A stretch of DNA of 64,000 bases from an uncultured delta proteobacterium. GTDB taxonomy: Bacteria > Desulfobacterota > Syntrophia > Syntrophales > Smithellaceae. Numbering within the stretch: position 1 is the stretch's first letter; the number at the start of each line of letters is the position of its first letter. Position numbers and translations under genes: made by a program. Where the stretch lies: assembly GCA_963753975.1 (NCBI GenBank), contig CAVWEH010000002.1, positions 672,001 to 736,000 of the forward strand. Direction: 5' to 3'. Of the stretch, positions 51,253-63,262 are shown piece after piece. The notes beneath the pieces were generated by a model, which was not told the DNA's origin, ran no database searches, and saw only the letters and a list, made by a program, of their open reading frames with translations.

Positions 51253-52577
51253 ATGAAATCAGGGCAGGTCATGATTATCGGCGGGGGCTTAGCCGGTTGT
51301 GAAGCTGCATGGCAACTCCTGCGACATGGCCATGCGGTTCGTCTTTATGAAATGAAACCGCAGAAGTATTCACCCGCCCACAAAATGGATACATCTGGCG
51401 GAACTTAGTTTGCAGCAATTCATTTAAATCCAATAGCCTCGATAATGCCACGGGATTACTCAAAGAAGAAATGCGCCGGCTCAGTTCGCTGATAATAAAG
51501 ACAGCGGACGGCACGGCGGTTGCCGCAGGTTCCGCGCTGGCTGTTGATCGCACTCAATTTGCCCAAAAAGTAGAAGCACAACTCCAGCAGCAAAAGAATT
51601 TTACTCTAAGTAGAATCGAAGTTGCCAAAATCCCGGAAGATTCTCGGACGATAATTGCCACGGGTCCACTCACTTCCGATGCTCTGGCAGAAAATATTGC
51701 GCAAATACTGGGCAACTCCTATTTATACTTTTACGATGCTATAGCACCGATAGTCGAGGCGGACTCTATTAATATGGACAAAGTTTTCTGGGCATCGCGC
51801 TATGATAAAGGCACACCTGATTATCTGAACTGCCCACTTACCGAAGATGAGTATAAACACTTCCGGCAGGAACTACTGGATGGCAAAAAAGTTGCCATGA
51901 AATCCTTTGAAGAAATAAAACATTTTGAAGGCTGCCTGCCGATTGAAGTACTGGCCGCGCGCGGCGAAGATACCCTTGCTTTCGGCCCGATGAAGCCGGT
52001 GGGCCTGATCAATCCCAAAACTGGAGTAATGCCTCACGCTGTAGTTCAGTTGCGCCGGGAAAATACTGTAGGATCACTCTTTAACTTGGTCGGCTTTCAG
52101 ACTAAACTCACCTGGCCCCAGCAGGAGCGCATCTTCCGCCTTATTCCCGGTTTGGAAAATACTCAGTTTGCCCGGATGGGCAGCATCCATCGCAACACTT
52201 ACATCAACTCCCCTGCCCTGCTGCAACCATCATTGCAATTAAAAACTAATCCCAATATTTTCTTTGCCGGTCAAATTACCGGAGTTGAAGGTTACACGGA
52301 ATCGGCAGCTATGGGACTTTTGGCCGGATTAAATGCTGCGGCTCTCATCGAAGGAAGACAATTACAGCCTCCTCCCCTGAAGACGGCGCTGGGAGCCCTT
52401 CTCCACTATATTACCTCCTCAAAATCCGCCAATTGCTTTCAGCCAATGAACATTAATTTCGGCTTATTGGAGAAACTACCCGAAAAAAAATACAAAAAAA
52501 AAGATAAAAACATTTTGTACATTAATAATTCGCTAAAAGCCTTGAACGAATGGATTAGAACCCAGAAGTTAGACTGA
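51253..52577 (+). CDS. trmFO: tRNA (uracil-54-C5)-methyltransferase TrmFO (frameshift near 51405)
   Basis: [52 protein letters not shown]. Confidence 0.95.
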
Positions 52578-52665
52578 TTTTTTACCTCTTTACCCGTTTA
52601 CTTTTACGAGGGGCAACGTTATTTTGGATTAGTGTAAATAACATTGATGACAAGGTTTCCTTGAT

Positions 52666-53452
52666 TTAATTCTTCAGAGACAAATAAGGAAAACCGATAG
52701 AAATTATGCTGAAATTTTCTTCGCTAAAAATATTGATTCGCGGCTTATATTTATTCAAAATCAGAAAAGAAAGTAAAACGCCGCGATCAATAACAGTGCT
52801 GGACCATGTCCGGCGAACCCGAATCCATTTTTTCCATGAGAGTTTCAATATCGGCGATGGGCAATGCACCACCGGAATTCTTGATGAACACACTAACATA
52901 TTTATTGTCATGTTCCGTTTTTATATAAAATTCCTTCAAATTACTCATCAGCGCCCTGGACATCGCAAACCGAATTAATCTCCAAAAAGCCAGCGACAGA
53001 TCTGCGGCAGTGCCTTTAAAACTGGGAACATCGTTATTCAGCTGTACGTCTTTCTTGATTTCGTGTTTAAAATCCAAATAAAAATTGAAAAAGCGCATTT
53101 CTTCGGCCAGTAATTGAGAAAGATTTATTCTATTTTCTTCCTTTGCATCCAACGCATAAAACTTACCGGCCACATCTCTAAACAGGCTAAAGAACAATTC
53201 GGATTCCTGGCTCACGGCTTGAATTTCCGTCCTGATCCGCTGTAAATCTTCTTTCATCCCTGCCGCCGCCTTCGGATATCTTTCCTCCATTTTTTTTGCA
53301 CTTTCTTCGATACGGCGCAAGAGCAGCTTAGAGCGCCCCATTATACTATTTAGAGGATTGGCGAAATTATGGAGAATACCGGGAATGAGTTCCTTGATAA
53401 AGGATGCCGCAAATTCTTCTTCTAAAGTTCGATAAATTTCAACTCTATCCAT
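52666..53452 (-). CDS. Sensorless histidine-kinase-like protein (frameshift near 52805)
   Basis: H-box GILHNFANPLNSI close to the N-terminus; degenerate ATPase region. Confidence 0.65.
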
Positions 53453-53803
53453 TCCCGCTCCTCATTTAAAACTACTGCAACTTCGTACGCAAAGCAAATT
53501 TAGCTTCGCGGCTAGCTTTTTTAATTTTTTATTTTCCCAGCGAACGGATTTTCCATTTATTATCCATCTAAAGTGGTGCCGAGAATTCTCGTTTGGATAG
53601 ACCGAGTATAGGAAGAAGGAACTTTTGTGTCAAGATAATTAAGCAATAGATGCCAAATTACTTGACATAATATTAAATTTAATGATTAAACTGTACTGCT
53701 GTTTAGGCGGAACTTGCGGCCCTGTAAGGCTATATAATTCTATGCCATATTGAGAAATTATTATGCTCTTCAATAAACATTATGTTCAGGAGGTATAAAC
53801 ATC

Positions 53804-54265
53804 ATGAAAAAAGTTTTTGTGGGTGTCGTTATTTTTATGTTTGCCGTTTTACTTTTCAGTGTTCCCGTAAAAGCTGAAAGCCCTATTATCGGAACATGGA
53901 AAACAATCGCGGATGAAGGTGTTGACAAAGGAAAGGCAAAATCCCATGTGGAGATATTTGAGAAGAATGGAACATATTCCGCCAAGGTCATTAAACTATT
54001 GCTCAAACCCCAGGATACGCTTTGTGAAAAATGCGAAGGGGATTTAAAAAATAAACCGGTGGTCGGCATGATATTTCTGCGAGATATGAAAAAAACCGGA
54101 AATACGGACGAGGAATTCGGCGATGAATATGCGGGTGGAACGATTATGGACCCTGATAACGGCAAAATTTACAAATGCAAAATGTGGGTCAAGGGCGATG
54201 TTTTGACATCACGGGGATATATCGGATTCTTTTATAGAACCCAACAATGGTTTAGAATTAAATAA
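53804..54265 (+). CDS. DUF2147-family secreted protein
   Basis: GTWKT, CEKC..KNKPVVGM, GTIMDPDNGKIYKC, RGYIG..RTQQW. Confidence 0.9.
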   Translation: MKKVFVGVVIFMFAVLLFSVPVKAESPIIGTWKTIADEGVDKGKAKSHVEIFEKNGTYSAKVIKLLLKPQDTLCEKCEGDLKNKPVVGMIFLRDMKKTGNTDEEFGDEYAGGTIMDPDNGKIYKCKMWVKGDVLTSRGYIGFFYRTQQWFRIK

Positions 54266-54345
54266 CTCGGTAGGAATATAGTGGTCTGTATTCGAAATAT
54301 TTCACTAAAAAAAGATATTAAAAAATAAATTTAGAAAGAATAATA

Positions 54346-54375
54346 AAAAGGGCTTTGAATAATCTTCAAAGCCCT
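54346..54375 (-). terminator. Terminator downstream of tRNA-fMet
   Basis: AGGGCTTTGAA/TTCAAAGCCCT stem. Confidence 0.7.
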
Positions 54376-54383
54376 AAATTTAT

Positions 54384-54460
<77 letters not shown>

Positions 54461-54589
54461 ATACATCGCTCTTCAAAAAGAGTGGACTTTACATCATTAT
54501 CTCCAATATTTGTCAAGGAGTAATTTGGGCAAAGTCTTTCCTAAGTAATGTTGCTTGCTATTCTTAAAAGAAAATTGGGCAGAATATTG

Positions 54590-55435
54590 CTACTTCGTTA
54601 TGTAGCCCATAAAACGGTAAATAAGCTTAGCTGCCATGAAGTCCGGCGCGATAATACCGGGAAGCGGTGCGAGTTCTACTGCGTCAAAACCACGAATTTT
54701 GCAGGAGCTGGAAACCAATTTCAGCAAACGTAAAACATTACTCCAATAAAGACCGCCCGGTTCCGGCGTGCCCGTAGAAGGCATTATAGAAGGATCAAAG
54801 ACATCCAAATCAATACTGACATAAATATCTCCTTGCAAATCCTTACAAATTAAGTCACACGAGTCCTTATTTTCTAAAACAAAATCGGCGCTATAACTTT
54901 TAACATTGCTTTGCGATAAATATTCCGCTTCTTCGTTGCTCATGCTCCTGATACCCACTTGAATCAGAGGACATATTTCGGCAATTCTTCTCGCCACACA
55001 GGCATGACTGTAAGGGCTTCGCTGATAACTTTCCCGCAGATCCGCATGGGCATCAAGTTGTAATATCTTTAATCGAGGATATTTTTCTTTGACGGCCTGA
55101 ACGGCACCGAGGCTTATACTGTGCTCTCCGCCGAGTATTACGGGTATTTTATTTAAAGCAACAATTTTGGCAACTTTCTTGCGCAGAATATTAATCATGT
55201 TTTTTGGTCCGCGGGCATCAATAGCAAGCGGTGAAGTTGTATGAATACCGGCCAAATATGTTTCTTTTTTCAACTCTTCATCGTAGAGCTCCATGTTGGT
55301 CGAAGCTTCAATTATGGCTGCGGGCCCACGGCGGCTTCCCGGTTGATAGGTAGAAGTCAGATCGTAGGGCACGGGAACGACAATAAACAAAGCATCACGA
55401 AGTGAACACTCCGGATATATACCTCCAAAATTCAT
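54590..55435 (-). CDS. speB: Agmatinase
   Basis: GGEHS, DAHADLR, SIDLDVFDP, TGTPEPGG. Confidence 0.92.
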   Translation of the reverse strand: MNFGGIYPECSLRDALFIVVPVPYDLTSTYQPGSRRGPAAIIEASTNMELYDEELKKETYLAGIHTTSPLAIDARGPKNMINILRKKVAKIVALNKIPVILGGEHSISLGAVQAVKEKYPRLKILQLDAHADLRESYQRSPYSHACVARRIAEICPLIQVGIRSMSNEEAEYLSQSNVKSYSADFVLENKDSCDLICKDLQGDIYVSIDLDVFDPSIMPSTGTPEPGGLYWSNVLRLLKLVSSSCKIRGFDAVELAPLPGIIAPDFMAAKLIYRFMGYITK

Positions 55436-55589
55436 AAGTCGCAATCCTCTAATTAACACTATCTCAGCCAAATCCAAAAACGGGAAAAACTTTAATATCG
55501 GTATTCATCACTCTAAGAGAGCAGGTTTCCTAGCATATAGCAGTAAATCTGTCCAGTTTTTCATAGATACCAGTTAAGTATTTATTTTG

Positions 55590-56405
55590 TTAATATTCAT
55601 AACAGACGATATAAAAGAAGATTTTAACTACCTGCGGCCGGTAATAGCTCAGAAAAAATTTGTTGTTTTCATAGTAAAGAAATGAAAAGTGTCTGATCCA
55701 GTCGCCTAACGCAACAAAAGTTTTCTTCTTTTCCGCAACAATACACTGACGCAAAACAGGTCTGTGGGAATGACCGAGGATAACCGCATCATAATCCTCT
55801 CCAAATTTGGTTTTAGCAAAAGAAAACATTTTTTCGACCAGTGCATCGCCATTTTCTATGGTCATCTCTTTGCTGACTGCGGAACTAAAGCCGGCTATCG
55901 CCCAACGAATCGATGCGGGAATATAATGTTGAAAACGATAAAATACGCGACTGCGCAATATTTTCCGCAGAAACATATATTTAATATTGGTCTTATCGAT
56001 TGTATCGCCATGAGCAACCAAAGCCCACAAGTTATCCAGTTTTACTCTCTCCCATTCATCAAACACTTCTATTCCTAAAATATTTTTAAAATATTCTCCC
56101 ATAAAAAAATCATGGTTTCCTTCGCCCAAATGAATGCTGATGCCGGTTTTCTGCAATTCAATTAATTTATCGATAATCAATTTGAATTCGGGATAAATTT
56201 TTTCTCTCCGGCAAAACCAAAAATCAAACAAGTCACCGACGATATAAAGAGCATCGATAGCTGTTTTTTCTTTGCCTAATTCATCCGAATTAACAAGAGA
56301 TCTAGCCCTTCCTTCCTTAAGGTCATTTAAGAAATTAATCAACCGGCCATATCTTTCATCGCTGACTCGTTTTAAATGGGCGTCGGATATAAAAATGGCT
56401 TTCAT
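55590..56405 (-). CDS. lpxH: UDP-2,3-diacylglucosamine diphosphatase
   Basis: ISDAHL, GDLFDFW, GNHDF, HGD, GHSHRP, LGDW. Confidence 0.85.
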   Translation of the reverse strand: MKAIFISDAHLKRVSDERYGRLINFLNDLKEGRARSLVNSDELGKEKTAIDALYIVGDLFDFWFCRREKIYPEFKLIIDKLIELQKTGISIHLGEGNHDFFMGEYFKNILGIEVFDEWERVKLDNLWALVAHGDTIDKTNIKYMFLRKILRSRVFYRFQHYIPASIRWAIAGFSSAVSKEMTIENGDALVEKMFSFAKTKFGEDYDAVILGHSHRPVLRQCIVAEKKKTFVALGDWIRHFSFLYYENNKFFLSYYRPQVVKIFFYIVCYEY

Positions 56406-56643
56406 CTTTTTGTCTCTTCAGTTTAATGCCTTTATCCTTTAGCAGAAAACCGCCTCTAAGGTCAATATGCACATTGGCTTAAATGTTCGTGAAACGAATC
56501 TTGCAAAAATCTAGTCAAACTTATAAAAAAGATTCTCCCCAGAGATCAAGTAAATGATTCTTGTTTTGTTCGGTATTTTTTGCTAGTTTCTTTAAAGGTT
56601 ATCAAAAACATGAAATTAGCGAATACATTCTTAGGATAAATAT

Positions 56644-57640
56644 ATGACTCCAAATCGAGAAACAATCAAGCGCGCCAAGGAAGTATTAAAAATAGAAGCG
56701 CAGAGTATTTTGAACTTGACTGAAAAAATCGATATCAACTTTTCCCGTGCCGTGGATTTAATTTATGTCTCCAAGGGCAGGGTAATCATTACCGGAATTG
56801 GTAAATCCGGTTTGATTGGACGAAAAATCGTCGCTACTTTAACAAGTACGGGAACACAAGCGCTTTTTTTACATCCTGTTGAGGGCATCCACGGCGATTT
56901 AGGCATTGTTACCAAAGAAGACATTCTGCTGGCTATATCTAATAGCGGTGAAACCCACTGAGCTCATGCCGGTTATCAACTCCGTCCGTCATATCGGCAC
57001 TACCGTCATAGCCTTTACCGGCGATATGTCATCAACCTTGGCTCGAGCAAGCGATATAGTCATTGATGTTTCCGTGGAAAAAGAAGCCTGCCCTTTTGGC
57101 CTTACTCCTACTTCCAGCTCTACTGCTGCCCTGGCCATGGGTGACGCTTTAGCTATAGCTCTTATTGATAAAAGGCAATTTAAAGAGAAAGACTTTTATA
57201 AGTTTCATCCGGGCGGAAGCCTTGGCGCAAGATTAAAAGAAACAGTCGGAGAGGTTATGATTACAGGGAAAAAAATCCCGCAAGTACTCTCTGGAGCATC
57301 TGCCCAGAAGGCGATACAAGAAATCGACCGGAAAAATGTGGGGTTCGTCCTGATAACCGATAAAAAAAACAAGCTCCGGGGAATTTTAACTGACGGTGAT
57401 CTACGCCGCATAATTGGTAAAGGTATTTCTTTAGAGGGAAAAATTATTGATGATTTCATGACGCGCAATCCCCAGACAATAAGCGAAAACGTGTCGCTGG
57501 CGCAAACTATGGAATTTATGCAAAAGCAAGAAATTACCACATTCGCCGTAGTTAACGAAAAAAAGGAACTCCAAGGATATATCCATCTGCATGATATTTT
57601 AGGCCGTGGCGGATCGGTTAATATTTCTCTTACTTATTAG
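56644..57640 (+). CDS. kdsD: KpsF/GutQ arabinose-5-phosphate isomerase (frameshift near 56955)
   Basis: GIGKSG, HGDLG, SNSGET, EACP..LTPTSS, FHPGGSLG, CBS pair. Confidence 0.92.
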
Positions 57641-57661
57641 TTTTAGGGAAAGATAGAAACT

Positions 57662-58190
57662 ATGGCGCTTTATGAATTTGATGGTAAAAGACCTCAGGTA
57701 CCGCCGGATTCATTTGTCCATCCTAACGCTGTCTCTGATTGGTGATGTAAAAATCGGTCATGAATGCTTAATCGCCCCCGGTGTTTCTATCCGTGCAGAT
57801 TTTGGACCGATCACAATAGGAAATCATTCCAGCATTCAGGATAATGCCGTCATTCACGTTTTTCCTGACTCTGTTGTTACTATCGGTGAAGATGTCACCA
57901 TCGCCCACGGGGTCATGCTTCATGACGCGCAAATTAAATCACGCTGCGTAATCGGCATGGGTGCTATTGTTCTCTTCAATGTTATATGCGAGGAAGATGT
58001 TTTTGTGGCGGTGGGTTCGCTGATACCTAAAGGCATGCACATTCCCGCCGGTAAAAATGTTTCCGGTAATCCGGCTGAAGTTACTCATGATGTCACCGAA
58101 AATCAAAAAATAATGGCTAAAGCCGGCATTGATTATTATCGCGGACTTTGTAAAAAATACCTTACCACCATGAAAACGGTTGTTTATTGA
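57662..58190 (+). CDS. Gamma carbonic anhydrase-family protein (frameshift near 57730)
   Basis: MALYEFDGKRPQV, IGDVKIG, IRADFG, IQDNAVIH, IAHGVMLH. Confidence 0.88.
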
Positions 58191-58238
58191 TCTAATAACG
58201 AGTATTTTTTTGCTAATATTTCTCTCTTAGTCAGCCAA

Positions 58239-58272
58239 TAAAAAAGGGCTTATGACTAACCATAAGCCCTTT
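58239..58272. terminator. Terminator downstream of tRNA-Val
   Basis: AAAGGGCTTATG/CATAAGCCCTTT stem. Confidence 0.75.
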
Positions 58273-58281
58273 GCTGTCGAA

Positions 58282-58356
58282 TGGTAGGCGGTACTGGGAT
58301 TGAACCAGTGACTTCTACCGTGTGAAGGTAGCACTCTCCCGCTGAGTTAACCGCCC
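58282..58356 (-). tRNA. tRNA-Val(CAC)
   Basis: GGGCGGTTAACTCAGCGGGAGAGTG-CTACC-TTCACAC-GGTAG...ACCA. Confidence 0.95.
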
Positions 58357-58467
58357 AAGTGCCGTCTGCTATAGCTTAAACCATCTTTCATTTCAAGGGA
58401 AAAAGTGTTTTCGTTAAGCAAACAGAAAATAATTCTAACATGAAATTAATTTTGTATACTGAATACA

Positions 58468-59275
58468 TTAGGAATTAGCTTTAACCAAATCCTGATAATA
58501 CTTCACCCTGCGATCAGCAAAGATATCATTATAGTTATTTATTTTTTTGTTCCTGGCCATTTGCACATCAATTTCTACGATGCCTAGTTTCATCATTTTG
58601 GCCATCGGCACGATACAAGATGTGTGCGTCCGGAGACGTTATCTGGCTTTTGCCGGTGTAAGATAAATTTTTGCCGCTTCTTTCTTCACGACCGGTGCGA
58701 TTGGCAGTTACAGCATAAACCTTGTTTTCCAAGCATCGGGTAACCATGGCCTCCTGACAATAGGGAAGAACAAGATTAGACGGATGACAGATAATATCAG
58801 CGCCTTTTAAAGATAATATTCTTGCGGACTCCGGGAAAAACCAGTCGAAGCAGATCATGATTCCGACCTTACATTGACCGATATCATAGACCGCAAAAGA
58901 TTCATTGCCCGGCTGAAACCAAAGTTTTTCTTCATTAAAAAGATGAATTTTGCGGTAAGTCGCCATATAACCTTTAGGTGAAATCAAAACAGCGGAATTA
59001 TATAAATTCTCACCTGCGCTCTCGGCAATTCCGGCCACAATATGAATTTTTTTCTTTCGGGCTATCGAAGATAAAGCTTTTATTGTTTTTCCCGCGGGAA
59101 TTTCTTCGGCCATTTCCAGGGCTTCGTCTCTGGACGCAAAAAGATAACCGGTATTAAACAGCTCCGGTAAAACAATCAGCTCGGCATCGGCTTTTTCCAA
59201 CATTGCTAATGCTTTATCAATGTTTGCATCAACCTTGCCGAATTGCGGCGAAAACTGAATAAAACCTGCCCTCAT
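58468..59275 (-). CDS. Nitrilase-superfamily carbon-nitrogen hydrolase (frameshift near 58585)
   Basis: LPELFNTGY, YRKIHL, MICFDWFFPE (E-K-C triad); C-terminal NDIFADRR in the shifted frame. Confidence 0.9.
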
Positions 59276-59470
59276 CTTCTCCCCTCTTAAGATTTAGATT
59301 TAGAGGTTACATTTCTGAATGACGTTTCTGTCAAGATGATTTATTTAGATTGTGGGGAAACAATGAAAAAAACTTTTCGCCGTCAATCCCTCCGTCATCC
59401 CGCAACTAAAAGGATGACGGAAAGATTGAACGAAGTTATAGCTTGACGCTAGAAGGGGCGATTTTCTTAA

Positions 59471-60658
59471 TTAAAGCATTTCATATATACCGGCAGCTCC
59501 CATTCCACCGCCGATGCACATGCTGACTATACAACGCTTGGCGTTTCGACGCTTTGCTTCGTGTAGTATTTGTGCTGTCAACTTGGCGCCGGTGCAACCC
59601 AGCGGGTGACCTAAAGCGATGGCGCCACCGTTCGGATTGATATCACCCTTCCAATATCTTTCTTCCAAACCAAGTTTGCGACAGCAATAGATAGCCTGAG
59701 AGGCAAAAGCTTCATTGATTTCGAAAAGGTCAATATCATTAGTGGTCAGTCCGGCCAGTTTCAGGACTTTTGGTATTGCTACCGACGGGCCAACGCCCAT
59801 CTCTTCCGGCTTACATCCGGCCACCGCATAATAAGTTAGTTTGGCTATCGGCTTCATTCCGAGCTCATTTGCTTTATCAGCACTCATCACTAGAGCAAAA
59901 GCGGCACCGTCCGTCATCTGCGAAGAATTCCCCGCAGTGGATGATCCTCCCGCTTTAAAGGGCGATTTTAATTTAACCATGTCCTCCAATTTTGCCGGCC
60001 ATCTCACACCGTCATCCGTATCGAAAACAACCTTTTCCCTGATTCGCTTGCCGTTTTTCACTTTGTATTTATAGGCTTGGATGGGAATGATTTCTTCCTT
60101 AAATTTACCCGCTTTAATCGCTTCGTATGCCCGGCGATTACTCTCCAGACCGAATTTATCCAAATCCTCTCTGGAAACTTTGTAGTTGGCAGCAACGTTT
60201 TCCGCGGTTATCCCCATGGAAACGTAAGCATAAGGTTTATCCCATGGATAGTCCGGCATAGGTCGCATGGATGAACCACCCATAGGAATATGAGACATTG
60301 TCTCGCAACCCCCGGCAATAATAACATCAGACCAGCCCGCCCTGATCTTTGCCGTGGCGTCAGCGATGGCCTGCAAACCCGATGAACAGAAACGATTGAC
60401 GGTCATACCGCTGGTGTTTTCGGGTAATCCTGCTCCCAGCGCTATAATTTTCCCCAAATTCATTCCCGTTTCGTGTTCCGGGAAGGCGCATCCTACAATC
60501 AAGTCATCTACGTCTTCTGGTTTGACCTTAGGCACTCTCGCCAATAAGCCTTTAATCACTTGAATTGCATATTCATCAGCCCGGGTAGAGGCCAATCCGC
60601 CTCTTCTATATCTTGCTCCGGGACTTCTTACGGATTCTACAATTACGGCATCACGCAT
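59471..60658 (-). CDS. Acetyl-CoA C-acyltransferase (thiolase)
   Basis: NRFCSSG, EINEAFA, GGAIALGHPLG, MCIGGGMG. Confidence 0.96.
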   Translation of the reverse strand: MRDAVIVESVRSPGARYRRGGLASTRADEYAIQVIKGLLARVPKVKPEDVDDLIVGCAFPEHETGMNLGKIIALGAGLPENTSGMTVNRFCSSGLQAIADATAKIRAGWSDVIIAGGCETMSHIPMGGSSMRPMPDYPWDKPYAYVSMGITAENVAANYKVSREDLDKFGLESNRRAYEAIKAGKFKEEIIPIQAYKYKVKNGKRIREKVVFDTDDGVRWPAKLEDMVKLKSPFKAGGSSTAGNSSQMTDGAAFALVMSADKANELGMKPIAKLTYYAVAGCKPEEMGVGPSVAIPKVLKLAGLTTNDIDLFEINEAFASQAIYCCRKLGLEERYWKGDINPNGGAIALGHPLGCTGAKLTAQILHEAKRRNAKRCIVSMCIGGGMGAAGIYEML

Positions 60659-60749
60659 GATATTCCTCCTTAAAAAATATATGTCTGTTTTTAAACAGTG
60701 GCCAATGAAGTATAAAAAGTACATTTACCACTGATAGTTCAATGCTCAC

Positions 60750-63167
60750 TTAATTGCGCAGTGGTTTCCCCGTATTGAGCATATGTACGATTCTTTCGTG
60801 AGTTTTAGCTTCGCCCAAAAGACTGATAAACGCTTCTTTTTCCAGATCAAGGATTTCCTGTTCGGATACCCACGTTCCTTCGGCACAATCGCCTCCGGAA
60901 ATGATATAAGCGACCTTTCTCGAAACATGCACGTCATAATCGGATACGAAATTACCCTGGCGCATATTGTAAAGCGCAGCGTCAATGATCCCGCGGAAAT
61001 TCTCGCCCATGACGGGAATCATCGCCGGTCTGGGTTTTTTATAGAATTTGGCCAGACCCAAGACAACCTGCTTGGCATCCCAGATATGCTGATCTCGGCT
61101 CAAACTGATTGAGTCCGTTTTGCGGATATAACCCAACTCCATGGCATCGGCGGCGCTTGTGGATACCTTGGCCATGGCAATATTCTGGAAGACCTTGGCA
61201 TATATCTGTTGGAGATTCATGCCGTCTTCTACCGCACCGTCGGGAATGCCTTCTGTACAGCGAACCATTAATTCCTTGACGCCGCCACCCGCTGGAATAA
61301 GGCCGACACCAACTTCCACCAGACCGATGTAGGTTTCACCATGGGGCTGGCATCTGGCACCGTGAATGGCCATTTCACATCCACCCCCTAACGCCATTCC
61401 GGCGGGGGCCGTAACAACCGGTTTCGTAAGATATTTCATCTTCATATTGGCGTTCTGCAGCGCCTCGATAGCCTGCCCTATAAGATCCCACTGCTTTTTC
61501 TGCGCAGCATCGAGGGCAATGAGAATATTGGCCCCCACGGAGAAATTCGTGGCGTGGTTGGCAACTACCATACCGACGAAATCTTTTTCCACGATATCAC
61601 AACTTTCAACAAGCATGTTCGTAAGGTTCTCTTCGATAGCATTCATCTTCGTGTGAAATTCCAGACAGCAAACGCCGTCGCCAATATCTACCAGTGTAGC
61701 GGCAGAATTACTCTTCACAATCTTTTTTCGCTCTTTGAGAGAAGGAAGCAAAATAATCTTCGGATTCTCTTCTATCTTGACATAGCCCTTTTTGGCGAAG
61801 TTATAGTAATACATACCGTCTTTCTTTTTTACATAGAAAGATTTATGCCCGGCTTTGAGCATATCCTCAATTTTCTTGGGGACTTTGAGCTTCATTTTTT
61901 TCATAACTTGGACGGCTTCTTTGACTCCTACGGCGTCCCATGTTTCAAACGGACCAAGTTGATGATTGTAACCCCATTTCATGGCATTATCGATGCCGAT
62001 GATGGTGTCGCTTATTTCCGGAACACGATTGGCGGCGTAAATGAAATTATTACAGAGGTATTCACGCGCAACTTCCGCGGCCACATCCGTGCCGTTGAAT
62101 AATACTTTGAGCTTATCGGCAAAGCCGCCTGCCGTTTTTTTCGCGGCCTCTATGGATTCAAATTTTGGTTTGGTCGGAATGACATATTGCATTGTCTTAT
62201 AATCGAGAACCAACTTTACCTTTTTTCCTTTTTCATCCTTGGTTCTTTTGTAGTAACCCTGGCCAGTCTTATTGCCCAGCCATTTATTTTCAATCATCTT
62301 CAGGGTAATTTCATTAGGTTTGAAATAATCTCTCATTTCGTCATCCGGCACCCCGTCATAAAGGTTTTTACTGACATGAAAACCGGTATCCAGTCCGACC
62401 AGGTCTATCGTGCCAAAAACAGCGGAACCGGGCCTCCCGAGAGGCTTGCTTATAATGGCATCGAGTTCTTCGATTTTAAGGCCTTTGCTGAACATCACAT
62501 GAGCAGCGTTGGACATATCGAAACTGCCGATGCGGTTGCCGATAAAGTTCGGCCTGTCTTTACAAACAACAACCCCTTTCCCCAAAACGCTTTCACAGAA
62601 TTTTACCATATAATCAACGACAGCTTTTTTCGTTTTTTCACCGGGGATAATTTCGAGCAGTTTCATGTAGCGCGGTGGATTAAAGAAATGCATTCCTAAA
62701 AAGCGCTCTTTCAATTTCGGGCTAAAATTGGCGGATATATCCTTAATGGGAATTCCCGATGTATTTGTTGTCACAATACAGGTATCTTTCACGATTTTTT
62801 CGACCTTGGCAAAAAGATCCTGCTTGATTTTTAAATTCTCAATAACGACTTCGATGACCAGATCGACATCGGCAAGCCAATTTAAATTATCTTCAAAATT
62901 GCCGGTTTTAATCATTGATGCATTTTTTTTGGTATAAAACGCCGACGGTTTGGATTTAAGCGCTCCGGCCAATCCGTTTTCGGCGAACCGGTTGCGCCAC
63001 GCCCGGCTTTTCTCGGTGAGCCCTTTCTTCTTATCCGTTTCCGTCAACTCGAAAGGAATGATATCCAAAAGAAAACATTCGATACCGGCATTGGTTAAAT
63101 GAGCGGCGATGGTCGCGCCCATAACTCCCGCTCCTAAAACAGCTACTTTCTTAATCTCATCTGACAT
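60750..63167 (-). CDS. 3-hydroxyacyl-CoA dehydrogenase / enoyl-CoA hydratase fusion (FadN-like)
   Basis: GAGVMG, TNTSG, HFFNPPRY, GMALGGGCE, VEVGVGLIPAGGG, GKPLRN. Confidence 0.95.
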   Translation of the reverse strand: MSDEIKKVAVLGAGVMGATIAAHLTNAGIECFLLDIIPFELTETDKKKGLTEKSRAWRNRFAENGLAGALKSKPSAFYTKKNASMIKTGNFEDNLNWLADVDLVIEVVIENLKIKQDLFAKVEKIVKDTCIVTTNTSGIPIKDISANFSPKLKERFLGMHFFNPPRYMKLLEIIPGEKTKKAVVDYMVKFCESVLGKGVVVCKDRPNFIGNRIGSFDMSNAAHVMFSKGLKIEELDAIISKPLGRPGSAVFGTIDLVGLDTGFHVSKNLYDGVPDDEMRDYFKPNEITLKMIENKWLGNKTGQGYYKRTKDEKGKKVKLVLDYKTMQYVIPTKPKFESIEAAKKTAGGFADKLKVLFNGTDVAAEVAREYLCNNFIYAANRVPEISDTIIGIDNAMKWGYNHQLGPFETWDAVGVKEAVQVMKKMKLKVPKKIEDMLKAGHKSFYVKKKDGMYYYNFAKKGYVKIEENPKIILLPSLKERKKIVKSNSAATLVDIGDGVCCLEFHTKMNAIEENLTNMLVESCDIVEKDFVGMVVANHATNFSVGANILIALDAAQKKQWDLIGQAIEALQNANMKMKYLTKPVVTAPAGMALGGGCEMAIHGARCQPHGETYIGLVEVGVGLIPAGGGVKELMVRCTEGIPDGAVEDGMNLQQIYAKVFQNIAMAKVSTSAADAMELGYIRKTDSISLSRDQHIWDAKQVVLGLAKFYKKPRPAMIPVMGENFRGIIDAALYNMRQGNFVSDYDVHVSRKVAYIISGGDCAEGTWVSEQEILDLEKEAFISLLGEAKTHERIVHMLNTGKPLRN

Positions 63168-63262
63168 GATTTTCCTCCTTCGCCTTTCTTGAAATAGCCG
63201 TCATCGGTTTAAGGGACGGCTTATAAATGGCGGTTTTAAAAGTTTATGGCCTCTCAATTTAA

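Noticed and set aside
53643..53655. Sigma54 promoter TGGCATCTATTGC
   Set aside because: GG-to-GC spacing is 8 bp, not the required 10.
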